From: Eledone cirrhosa
Lineage: Eukaryota
Assembly (NCBI GenBank): GCA_964016885.1
Contig: OZ024759.1
Span: 21,514,001 to 21,578,000 of the forward strand
DNA: 64,000 nucleotides
Direction: 5' to 3'
The notes beneath the pieces are model-generated. The model was not told the origin of the DNA, did not search any database, and was given only the letters and a program-made list of their open reading frames with translations. Positions 23,311 to 36,868 of this stretch are shown piece by piece (position 1 is the stretch's first letter; each line of letters opens with the position of its first letter). A program made the translations under genes and the position numbers.

Positions 23311-26300
23311 TTATTTGGTTTTCACCTGGCTTAAGTTCTCTGTAAAGGGAGAAATATATAGTATAGATTTTAAGTTTTTGAAAGTAGGTTTGCTTATTTT
23401 AACTATTTGGGCATATTACACCTAAGGTTGCTTTATTCGATGTGGAATGTGAATGGGAGAGAAAGGCAGAGCTTGGATGCACTGTGGGAGGGAGAAACTG
23501 GCTTTAAAAGGAATCAGAAGTAGTGTGCAAGAGAGAAGACTGCATTAGTAGAAACATTGGAAAGATTGTCTGACCAATGAGTGACTGTATGGAAACCTCT
23601 GTCCAGTATCACACATCATCAAAAAGCATAGAGTGAGATTGGCAGGGCAATGATGGAGAGCTGAAGATGAAATAGTTGATGAAGTTCTTTTGTAGGAGCC
23701 TACACAAGGAAGAGCTAAGACCTATATTAAGCAGATTTGTGATGACATAAACTGTAATCTCTCTTTTGTGGAAGCCTACACAAGGTAGAGCTATCAGAGA
23801 ACACCAAGACCTATATCAAGCAGATTTGTGATAGCATAAACTTTTGGCACAAGGTCAGCAATTATCCAAGTACATTACTGGTGCTTTATTTTATCGACCC
23901 CGTAAGGATGAAAGGCAAAGTTAACCTTGGCGGGATTGGAACTCAAACCATAAAGGGGCGTAACTCTATGCTACAAAGCATGGCGCCCAACCCTCTACCG
24001 ATACTGCTGAATATAATTGCTTCTACTTTTGGCACAAGGCCAGCAATTATCCAGTGTATTACTGGTACTTTATTTTATCGACCCCATAAGGATGAAAGGC
24101 AAAGTTAACCTTGGCGGGATTTGAACTCAGAATGGCAAGGGCTGTAACTCTATGCATCAAAGCATGGCGTCCGACCCTCTACCGATACTGCTGAATATAA
24201 TGAACAATAGAATTAGATGGTAACACAGTGTCAAGGGAAACAGTGCAAGCAGTACGACCTATTGATTGAGATCCATATATGCAACTGGGAGGAATTCTAA
24301 GCACTCATCCAGTATATATGTTGAACAGTCTGTTCTGGTGAGCCCCACAAGCAAGCTGTTGATAGAAACAGCTGCCCTCCCCTCTGGTGGTGCATGGTTG
24401 TATTGAATCAGCTGACACCTGTGCATAGCTGATTCAGGGGCACATACTCCCTCCGAGAAGGGCCATATTGAGGATGACATTCAATTGGGCAGGTTGAATC
24501 AGACGAAATGCCTTAGGGTATTTGATACATTCTGAGTTCAAATCCTGCTCTGGCCTACTTGGATAGTAAACTTAATCTGTCACCTCCTTTAACACTGCCA
24601 TCTTACTCCTTAGGCTGCAAGTATTTGGGTCAAGTCACCTTTCGAGGAAACCTTCCTCCATTGTTGGTCTTGACAAGGGTCATGTGTTTGCCCCTTCCCT
24701 AATTAAACAGTCAACAAAAAAGAAAATAAATGTAAGAAAGAGAAAGTGAAGTGAGTGTAAGTGAGAGAGAGCAAGAGAGAGTGAGTGAGTGAGAGAGAGT
24801 GAGTGTGAGTGAAAGAGAGTGAATGTGAGTGAATACTTACCAAGAACTTTCTGATAGACAGTTCTAATATTTTCATAAGAATTCATGTCCTTCCTGTTGC
24901 CTGGGGCAACGGTGAGCTCATAGTCCGGGCCGTATGTTAAATAATACTAAGGTAAGAAGACAGAGAGTATATATATATATGTGTGTGTGGGTATATATAT
25001 TTGTGTGTATGTGTGTGTGTGTATATATGAGTCTAGAACTCCTAACTTGCTCAGAATATTGATCTCCTGGAAACTGAGATGGTCAACCAAACAAATGACC
25101 TTCATCAAGCATCTACCATACTCAGAACGCTTTGCTTCCCTGGGCATGGATGAATTAAAGCTCCGACAACTGGCAACTGAGAACCTTTTTAAATTCCATG
25201 TGTCTAGCACCTGTGGACATGCTTACAAAATCAGAAAACAGTATAGCTCCCATGACTTTCGGAAACATTTTTTCATGCTCAGAATTACTGAAGCATGGAG
25301 GAAATTACCTGCATCAGCTGTTAGCTGTCAGGACACTACACCTTACAAAACTTCCATGCTTCTCGAAATTTCCCAACACTATGCGTGATATTCCCCCTCC
25401 ATACATACGTGTGTGTGTGTGTGTGTGTGTGTGTGTCTGTGTGTATATCATGACTCATACACTATTCACTTTCCTGACATTTGTAATTATTCTATGTACT
25501 GTACATGTACCTTTGATGAGTTGTAATGTAACTGAGCACTGTACACAATAATTTTCATTATTATTGTTATAGTTAAAAAATAAACAAGACAGAGATGCAA
25601 AAACACGAAGGTGTTAATAGTATATTACTAATAAAATAAACAATAAGAGATTTGTAATACCAGCAGAAACATTATCAACAATACCTTATGGTCTGGTATA
25701 ATTTCAGAAAGCTTCTTGCCAAGAACTGTAGCAGTTATTAAAGTCCAGGTTTTTGCTGTGTTACAAAAATTGTAACCCCCTGCAATTTGATGAAATAATA
25801 ATGATGATGATGATAATAATAATAATTGTTTCTACTTAAGGCACAAGGCCAGCAATTTAAAGGGGAGGGGAAAGTCGATCAAATCGACCCCAGTGTATTA
25901 CTGGGGCTTTATTTTATCGACCCTGTAAGGATGAAAGGTAAAGCTAACATTTGAACTCAGAACGCAAAGGTGCATAACTCTATGCTGTGAAGCATGTAGA
26001 TGATGATAATAATAATGGTTTCTTTATCCACACAGGGCCTACATTAAGAGGACAATAAAGATGGTATAGGAATGTACAGCATGGCTTTTTTTGTGTGAAA
26101 GAAACTTTTATAACAAAAACTAAAGACATAAACATTTAAAAAAGTCAAACATTACAAATTCCCGTAAAGTAGGGAGACCTCCTAGGGTCACTTGTGAAGA
26201 AAGCCCACAAAAAAAACCATTCTAATCTTTACAGTTAGGGCATATGCCCTCTTTCAGTTGTCCTCCTCCAATTTACTGGTGCATAATCAGAGCAAGACCA

Positions 26301-29300
26301 TTCATTCAGACCATGCTTGCCTCTCTCACCCACCTTTCAACCAACTGGCTAGAAGGCAAATAATAAAACACATTAACATGAAGATCAGAATAGCAAAAAT
26401 GTGGTAATGCTACCTAACAACATTAAGGTAAATCTAGTTGTCCTTTGGGCTTTGGTCTGAATACCTTTAAAACTGAGATGGGTGTCTTGTGAAAATAGAT
26501 CTCAACACACAAAAGACTATCCTGTTGGTCACTGTAGTTATACTCACTAATGTGTGTCTAAGGTCCCTCTCCTACAAAAGACTGCCCTGTTGGTCACTGC
26601 AGTTATACTCAGTAATGTAAGTCTAAGGTCCCTCTCCTACAAAAGACTGTCCTGTTGGTCACTGTAGATATACTCAGAAAAGTATTGTCTAAGAGCCCTC
26701 TCCTACAAAAGACTGTCTTGTTGGTCACTGTAGATATACTCAGAAAGTATTGTCTTAGAGCCCTCTCGTACAAAAGATTGCCTTGTTGGGGAATTTAGAT
26801 ATACCCCGGAAAGTACTGTCAATCTAAGGTCCCTCTCTTACAAAAGACTGCCTTGTTGGTGAATTTAGATATACTCAGTAATGTGTGTCTAAGGTCCCTC
26901 TCCTACAAAAGACTGCCTTGTTGGTCACTGTAGATATACTCAGAAAATATTGTCTAAGAGCCCTCTCCTACAAAAGATTGCCTTATTGGGGAATTTAGAT
27001 ATACCCCGGAAAGTACTGTCAATCTAAGGTCCCTCTCCTACAAAAGACTGCCCTGTTGGTCAATGTAGATATACTCAGTACTGTTTATGTAAGGTCCCCC
27101 TCATACAAAAGACTGCCCAGTTGGTAATAATAATTGTTTCTACAGTTGGCACCAGGCCAGCAATATGAAGGGAAAGTCAACTAAATCAACCCCAGTGTGT
27201 TACTGGTACTTTATTTTATTGACCCTGTAAAAATGAAAGGCAAAGCTAACCTCAGCAGAATTTGAATGCAGAATGTAAAAAGGTCAGAATTATATGCTGC
27301 AAAGCATAATGTCCGATGCTCTACCGATTACTGTCCTGGATGTATTTTATTGTTGCATCACATCAACACTAAAGAGGTTGTTAGTTGTGTAAACTGAAAC
27401 AGAAAAGTAAGTCTAAAGATTACTAGCTTAACCACTCAGCTAACATTAAACCAAAAAACCAGAAATTTCAAATGAAATGAAACTAACCTCCACCAAGAAT
27501 CAACAGGGGAACTTTAAGTGAGATGAAATAACGTACACAGCTGGCTAGACTTAGTGGAGTGAGGTTAAATGAGTTCATTGGATCACCTGCAATTCCATCA
27601 GCTCCACATTGGCACACTATTGCCTCTGGTGAAAACACATTTATCACTTTAGATATTATCCTGTAATAGAAATAAATACATTTCTAATTTAGGCACGAGG
27701 TCAGTAAATTTGTGGGGAAGGGCAAAGTTGATTAAATCAACCCCAGTACTTAATTGGTACTTTAAAATAGTGTGGAACCTCGGTTCACAAACTTAATTCG
27801 TTCATGAAAGCCATTTGTAAACCAAAACTATTAATCCCATACAAAATCTTGAGAGAGAGACTGCATGAAAGAGAGATAGATCTCATCATAGTAATTAACT
27901 TTATAGCAAGTGACAATTTCTCACCAATACTCCCAGCTTGTCATCAACCGTTGTTGTCAGCTTGCATGTTGATTACTCGAAACACCGTTTGTCAACAGAA
28001 ACCTTTTGTATTCGTGAACCGATTTGTTCATGATGAGAGGTTCCACTGTATAATAAATTGATTTCTAATTTAGGTACAAGGCTAGCAAATTTGGGGTTGG
28101 AAGAGTAAAGTTGGATAAATCAGCCGAGCTCATGGATATTATCCAACCATCTTGCTAAGGGTCTACCCCTGCGTTTTGCTCATAAAATCTCTCCAGCAAC
28201 TCTTTCCTGAGACATTCTAACCACATGATCATAATATTGGAACTGGGATCTCTCAATTCAGAGAAGAAACGCCACTACCTGGAGGGATTTTCTGATCTTC
28301 GAGTTACGCACTCTACTGAGTAACATTATTCCAAAAACCCTGTGGGGGAACCCTATTTCAGCCACTTGTATTCTAACCACATGCCCATAATATCAGAGCT
28401 GTGATCTCTCAATTCGGAGAAGTAACAGTTCTACCTGGAGTGATTCCTTGATTTCCAAGCTACGTACTCTATCATAGATCATTACAAATTTAATTCATGT
28501 CGTTTGCGTTTTATACAGAGAAAGGAAATTTTAAAAGAATACATTCCTGCTAACCTTTTGAAGAGGGCCACAAATTCTACATCCTTTATGCCATCTTTAA
28601 ACGGAACATTTATACAATGGTGAATACCTTTACCAAAACCCACATCTTCTAAGCTGCCAGTTCCTGGTTATTAAACAGAGACATATATAATATAAATATA
28701 GTTCATAAAAGATCGTTTTCAAATGAGAAAACAGACAAATATAGGTGAAGAATTTATTACAGCTCAAAATATAAGATTTATCACAATAAACTCCTCAGAA
28801 GGCTAAATGCAATTCTGTTTGAGTTGTATGAAATTCTTGTTTGAAGGTGTTTAAGTAAACTCATAGAGCAAATTTTACAATAACACACACTAAATCTAAC
28901 ATCAATATAATTTTGCGAGGTACTAATTTCTTTATATTTTCGTTTTATTAATTTTGATGATTCCAATTTTTTGCTCATATACTTAATTATGGATTTGCTT
29001 AAAATTTGAAAGAAATGTGCGATAATTTATTAAAATGTAATATAATTAACCGTCTTGGTCTTGTTTATCATTGTAAATATATATATATATACATAGAAAG
29101 CCACATTGGACACTGGAATAGTTCCTTTATTTTCCTCAGAAGAGGAGATATTAATCTCAAAATATAAGGACATATGAATAAATAAGAAATAAAAAGACAA
29201 GCCCTGTTTCTTACGATTTAATTATTCTCTGTCCAAACTTGCATTGTTGTGGCTTTCAAACTTCAAATTCTTTATACATATATATATATAAGACAAACAT

Positions 29301-30048
29301 TTAACCTTTCCATTATCATATTTCTAATAAAAGATAAAAAATGCTGCTTACAGTTTTCAAATATTGTATTTTAAGGTAATCAAGAATTTAAAAAGATATA
29401 GTAATAAAACTAACTTCCTCCTAGGAACATAACTCTATTTTCTAAATCTGAGGGTGCACGATTGAAAACACACATAGACACATGCACGCACATCCACATA
29501 GACTCAGACACACAAACACAAGCACGCAGAGAGACACATGCATTCACATCCACACACAGAGACATTCATCCACAAATACACACACATGCATGCAGAGAGG
29601 AGTCAGAGCAATACAAAAATGGTAATGGAAAGAATGTGAAAAATCTTACCAGGAAAGAATCCAGGTAACAATTTATGAAATGATACAGTAAACACTTTGG
29701 GTGTCGCAGCAAATGCTTCTTCTACACCTGTGGAAATAATATTAACAGGTAAAACTCAGGTGAGAAGGGTATCATCATCATCATCATCATTTAACGTCTA
29801 TCTTCCATGCTAGCATGGATTAGATGGGTTTGTCCCATTTAGAGGCAAGTTGGGTCGGGTGACTGTGTTTTGCTCATATTGGACTGTTTCTGGCTGGTTT
29901 TCTATGGTCGGATGCCCTTCCTAGCGCCAACCACATTTACAAGGTGTGCTGGGTGCTTTTTGTCAAGACACTTACACAACCACTTCACAGAGTGGGCTGG
30001 ATGTTTTGTGGTACCAACATAACACACATAGATATATACATTATATAA

Positions 30049-30079
<31 letters not shown>

Positions 30080-33000
30080 TTATATATATATATCACGATA
30101 TATATAGAAAATAATGTGGTACTATTTCTTCATTATCATCATCGCTGTTTAACATTTATTTTCCATGCATGAGTTATCATCTCCTGAGGCTAAACTGGTC
30201 ATGTGACCATGTCTTGATCATACAATCTGTTCTTGGTTTGGTTTCTACAGTTGGACATCCTTCCTAACACTTTACTGGATAGACTGGGAGAATTTTGTTG
30301 TGGTAACAGCACTACCACCTTACAGGGTGTACTGGGTGTTTTTTTTCATATCGCCAACAGTATCACTTTACAGGGTGGACTGGGAGAATGTTGTTGTGGT
30401 ACCAGCACTACCACCTTACAGGGTGGATTGGGTGCTTTTTTGTCATGCTACCAGAACTACCACCTTACAGGGTGAACTGGGTACTCTTTTGTTCTGGTAC
30501 CAGCACTACCACTTCACAGGGTCGACCGGTACTTTATTTTATTGTCCCCGTAAGGACGATAGGCAATCTAAGATAGGTGGGATTTGAACTCAGAGACATA
30601 AAGGGCCATAACTATCTGCTGCAAAGCATACTGTCCAACGCTCTACTGATTACTGCCAATCCAGTAATAGTAATAATAATAAACAAATATTTACCATCTC
30701 CATGATGCAAATCTAAATCAACATAGAGGACACGGCTGAAGGTTTTTTTCAACTGTAGAATTCCTAGTACACAGTCATTAATGTAGCAGAAGCCTGAGGC
30801 TGAGCTCCTATAATAGACACACACACACATATATATATATATATAAAGAGAGACAGACATATACAGGGTGTAACAGGGAAACTGGGAACATTTAAATATC
30901 TTTATTATAATTGGTAAAACTTGGAAAAATCAAACACTGCAAATTTTATGCCAATTTATTGTGGAGTGTTTAGCACAGTTCAATGTGACCACCATTTGTT
31001 TTCTTTACCAGTTCAATCTGTTTACGAAATGATGTGCATGCCTTAACTATTTCTACCTTTTTCATTTTACCGAAAGCTCACTTGATCAAAGCTTTCAGTG
31101 AAGATGCACAGTTATGAGAAGTTGCCTTCTCGATGCATAACAAATGACCCATTTATAGTTAAAGAAATACATCAACTACTTAACGATGGAATCATATCTA
31201 AGAGTCAAAGTCCTTGGCATGTTTAGTGTTTTGTTGTACAAGGAAAGGAATCCCCCAAAAGAAAAGATTGGTAGATAACTACTTGAAAACTATAAATCTT
31301 CATACATCACTCAATTCCTATCCCCCCGCAAATATCAATCATATCCTTCAACAAGTGCGATGTAATAAAGTCTTTAGCAAGATGGTTGGATAACATCTAT
31401 GAGCTTGGCTGGTCTTGCTTGGGGATCCAGCTGGATCAGTTGGAGATGGTTGCTTCTGAGATGACCTGCTGGAAGGAGTGTTTGAGGACTCAGCCCCCAC
31501 AACCCTCTCAGGAATAAGTGAGCGAAGAAGCACTTTGAGGATTTACTAAAATTATTAATTATTTCATTACTAAGATAGTAACTTAATGAAAGGTTCTTAT
31601 ATAAAATTATGTTGGAAACCTTTAATGAAGAAGAGAAAGGAACTCACCTGTGAGCATGATGCCATCCTCCAAACCAATTAATAACCACCTGGCAAGGTTT
31701 CTCTTTATCAATAAGACAATTGGCTGCCTCAATGGTGCTCCCAGCGATGTGACAAACATAGTCAAAGATACCCTTCTCTGTGGGGCAATCATAACCTACA
31801 TTCATGGAAAATAGAAAATAACAACAACTCTACCTTATATTCTTAAGAAGTTCATATAATTGTTGATGTTAAATGTATATGTGGTGTGGTAAATAAATAT
31901 ATACATATATATATTAGGAGGCACATGGCTTAGTGGTTAGAGCATTGGCCTTGCAATCAAAAGGTTGTGAGTTCAATTCTCAGACTGGGTGATGTGTTGT
32001 TTCCTTGAGCAAGACACTTTATTTCACATTGCTCCAGTTTACTCAGCTGTAGAAATGAGATGATAGGGACTGGGGTCCCTATCATTCCACTGTAAAGTGG
32101 TCGTGGAGGTGCCACGGCAAAAAAGCACCCAGCACTCACTGTAAATGAGGTTGGTGTTAGGAAGGGCATCCAGCTGTAGAAATCAAGCCAGAATCGGTTC
32201 CCGTCCCACCCTTGCAAGCAGGGAAAAGCGGACGTAAAATGAAATGATGATGATGATGATTAGGTCTGAACATAATGGAATCGAATTCCCATTGTCACTG
32301 TGTCTGTCTCTATCACCCTCCTCATATCTCACTATTATAAGCAAATGGGGACCCATGCACTGGCTACCCTGCAACCCCACCGGACAGAATAGAGAAGACA
32401 TTTCCCCAAGAGGATGGTGAGGGAGACACATTGGAAGAGCCATTCCAGCTCGCGAGGCTCGTACCTGCAGATATTGAACTCTGTGCCGATGGTGGTGAGT
32501 AGGGAGGTGACACGAAGGCCAAGGACACCAGAAGTCTCCACTGCTACAAGCCGACCGAAGAGTGACCAATATTTAGAGAGTTTACCTTCCTCAACCCAAA
32601 GTGCAGCAGAGCTAAGGTTAGTTGCAGACTGCATCAGGTTGCCGCCCAAGAAAGTGTTGCTGCATGTGGGATACCAGATGAAGGGGTTACCAATGCGGAG
32701 TGGGAAGAAGTCAAAGGCTGAAACACATGCTTGATGGGGAGGTGGGGTTCTCTATAGTTGGATGTCCTCCTCATCACCAGCCACTTTACAGCATGTACTG
32801 GATGCATTTATAATGTAGATCACAAACACTAGGGAGGCTGTTATGCCCTTGACTAAACTGAAGGGTCCTCCAACCCCTTGTTTGGCTAGATGCCCTTCCT
32901 AATACTAATCATGTAGATCACCAACACAAGGGAGGCTGTCATGCCCTTGATATGACTGAGGGATCCTCCCAGCCCTTTATTTAGCAAGCATATAAAGATA

Positions 33001-35825
33001 AAATAACATAGTATCTTACCTAGTCCATACTGTTCTGCTTCTTCATTGCACTTTTCTTCATCATCCAATGTATTGATTGATTCCAAAAACTGCAGGTAAT
33101 TGCGACAGTGAAAATCAGCTAGTTCATCTAATGTTGCTTTTCTTGGAGACACAATCCTTGAAAATATAATATAGATAGGTACAACTGGTCCTTTTTTAGG
33201 GGACACAATCCTTTAAAATATAATATAGGTAGGTACAATTGGTCCTTATTTTTGGAGATACAATCCTTTCAAATATAATATAGGTAGGTACAACTGGTCC
33301 TTTTTTTGGGAGACACAATCCTTTAAAATATAATGTAGATCGGTACAACTGGTCCCTTTTTTGTGGGGACACAATCCTTTAAAATATAATGTTGCTTTTT
33401 TTTCAGAGACAGAATGTATTTAAATTTGAAGGAATGAGAATGTAGAACAAAATAATGGTTTCTGATTTAGGCAAAAAGCCAACAATTTGGGAGGGGAAAG
33501 TCGATCATATCAACCCAGGTGCATTACTGGTATTTTATTTTGTTGACCCCATAAATATAAAATGCAAAGATAACCCCGGCAGGATTTGAACTCAGAACAT
33601 AAAGAGCCGTAGCTACATGCAACAAAGCATGTTGTCCGATGCTTTACTGATACTGCCAATCCACCAATCCCACTTTACACACAAGGCCAGCAAATTTTAA
33701 GGGGAAGAGCAAGTTGATTTTCTCAACCCCAGTACGTAAGTGTTACTTTTTTTTATCAACTCCGAAAGGATGAAATTCAAAGATGATTTCAGCAGGATTC
33801 GAACAGAGAACGGTGTAACTAAACACCACAAAACATTGCGTCTGATGCTCTACCGATTCTACCAATTCACTGCGGTTATAAGACAAAATGATAAAAAGTA
33901 TTAATATTTAAAAAAAACAAAAAAAAATCACAGTAACATGAAGTACCAGTAATGCATCGGTGTAAATTTAATTGACTGTCCTCTCCCTGAAAATGTTGGT
34001 CTCGTGCCTAAATCAGAAATCCTTATATTCAAATAACCAAATTACCTCATTTGTTTTGTTAAGCCGTATGCTTCAATCAAACCATGAACCAGTTTACCCT
34101 GGAAGTAAAGAACCAAAATATGATATTCAGACATTAGATACGGGAGACAATGAAGGACGAGACATGTGATGATTACACTTATATATATATTTAATATAGA
34201 AATGGCTTCTACAGGACTAGAACTGTTTCATTCAGGAGAAATCATCAGGAAAGCCATTTCTATATTAAATATTTATACTCTGCTATGTATTGAGTACCTT
34301 ACTTACTGTGGTTACCTCTGATTGAACCCGGGATAAACATATATATATATATATATGTGGCAACATGAATGGAACCGTTTTTTTTCTCTAAAAGCATTTT
34401 TTCCGATTCTGCCCCGCCTATCCCTCATTCTTTCTTCTGAAGAAGGACTAGCATCCGAAATGTTAAGACCCTCTTCCTGCTATTTTAAGCGTTAACCTAA
34501 TATATTCCTTCCAAATACTGTACCAATTGGGTTGTTATTTCTGTTTACCTTTTACATACATATATATATATATAATGTGTGAGTGTATTTATACAGGGGT
34601 TAGCTAAAAAGTCCATAGGTTGACCCAGATACTCTCATGGAATGACTAAATGAGGTTTATTTTTCAACATAGTTCCTGGAAAGAAACAATGCAGTTATTA
34701 ATAAGAGTTGAAATTAATGCATGTAAGATTTCACAGATCTAGCATCACTCTTTTATAGCCAGCCTATGAACTTAGAACCAACATATATTCGCGGAATCGT
34801 AAATATCTTCCGCGATTTTTTAATGAATCTTTTTCATGGCAATATATATTTTTTTACACTTTTTAATACTAAATTATTAATAACAATATACCGTATTTGC
34901 TGGCCTATACTTTGTTATGTTTTGACATTTATAGGCACTTTTATGGACCACGTCCAATATTTGTGGTTTTTCACTCTTTGCAGGTGCTCTAGGAATGTAA
35001 CCTTCGCGAATACTGGGAGACAACTGTATATATTATATGTGTGTGTGTGTGTCCCACTTCCATACATGCATCCAGTGAAGCCTCCAAAAAGTGCCTCCTG
35101 AAAAGTGGTTGTAAAGTGGGCGTGTAGGTGTCCCAACAAAAAGCACCCAGTACTCACTGTAAACGAGGTTGGCACTAGGAAGGGCATCCAGCTGTAGAAA
35201 CCAAGCCAAATCAGTTCTGTATGAGCATGACATGGTCACTTGACCTAGCATTGCTCACAACAGGATAACTCGTCTAACCCATGCTAGCGTAAAAATGTAA
35301 AGCTGTGCTAGAACTCTTTCTGTTACTTTCATGACCTAGTCCATCAGCTTTATACCTCTATAGTTTCCTCTATCTAGCGCATCTCCTTTACCCTTGTAGC
35401 AGTTGACAATGACACTGCTATGTCAATCATTTGGTGTGACTCCATCTAGTGTTACTTGATTAACAATATGCGTTGTTATGGTGACCCAGATGCTCGGCAC
35501 CTATACCTGATGGACCAGTTGCTTTCCCAGTCTTCATATCCTTAATTGCTTTACTTACTACACTGCTGCTGACTTGTATTGCTGGGCCCTCTATAGGGTC
35601 CACTTGGGGTAGGGTCTCTCTCTCCCATGCATTCTCCTCATTTGGTAATCTTTCATAATGGCTCTTCCATGCAGATTTCTTCTCGGCGCATGTGAGGCCA
35701 AGCGCATATATACATATAAATACATACATACATATATATATACACACACACACACATATATATACATATATACACACACATATATATATGTGTGTTATAT
35801 ATATATATAACACACATATATATAT

Positions 35826-35868
<43 letters not shown>

Positions 35869-36823
35869 CACATATATACACACACATACACATATATACA
35901 CACACATACACATATATATATATACATACATATATATATATACACACACATATTTATACATATACACATACACATATTTATACATATATACATACACATA
36001 TTTATATATATATACATACACATATTTATATATATATACATACACATATTTATATATATATACATACACATATTTATATATATATACATACACATATTTA
36101 TATATATACACATACACATATATATATATACACATACACATATATATACACACACATATATATACACACACATATATATACACACACATATATATACACA
36201 CACATATATATATATACACACATATATATATATACACACATATATATATATATATACACACATATATATATATACACACATATATATATATACACACATA
36301 TATATATATACACACACACATATATATACACACATATATATATATACACACACACATATATATACACACATATATATATATATACACACACACACATATA
36401 TATATATATACACACATATATATATATACACACACATATATATATATATACACACATATATATATATATACACACATATATATATATATACACACATATA
36501 TATATATATACACACATATATATATATATACACACATATATATATATATACACACATATATATATATACACATATATATATATATATATACACATATATA
36601 TATATATATATACACACATATATATATATACACATATATATATATATATATATACACACACATATATATATACACACATATATATATATATATATACACA
36701 CATATATACACACACATATATATATATATACACACATATATATACACACATATATATATACACATATATACACACATATATATATACACATATATATATA
36801 CACATATATATATACACATATAT

Positions 36824-36868
<45 letters not shown>

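Noticed and set aside
31918-31995. Possible tRNA gene
   Set aside because: It is the tRNA-derived head of a SINE and continues into CORE and LINE-tail sequence.
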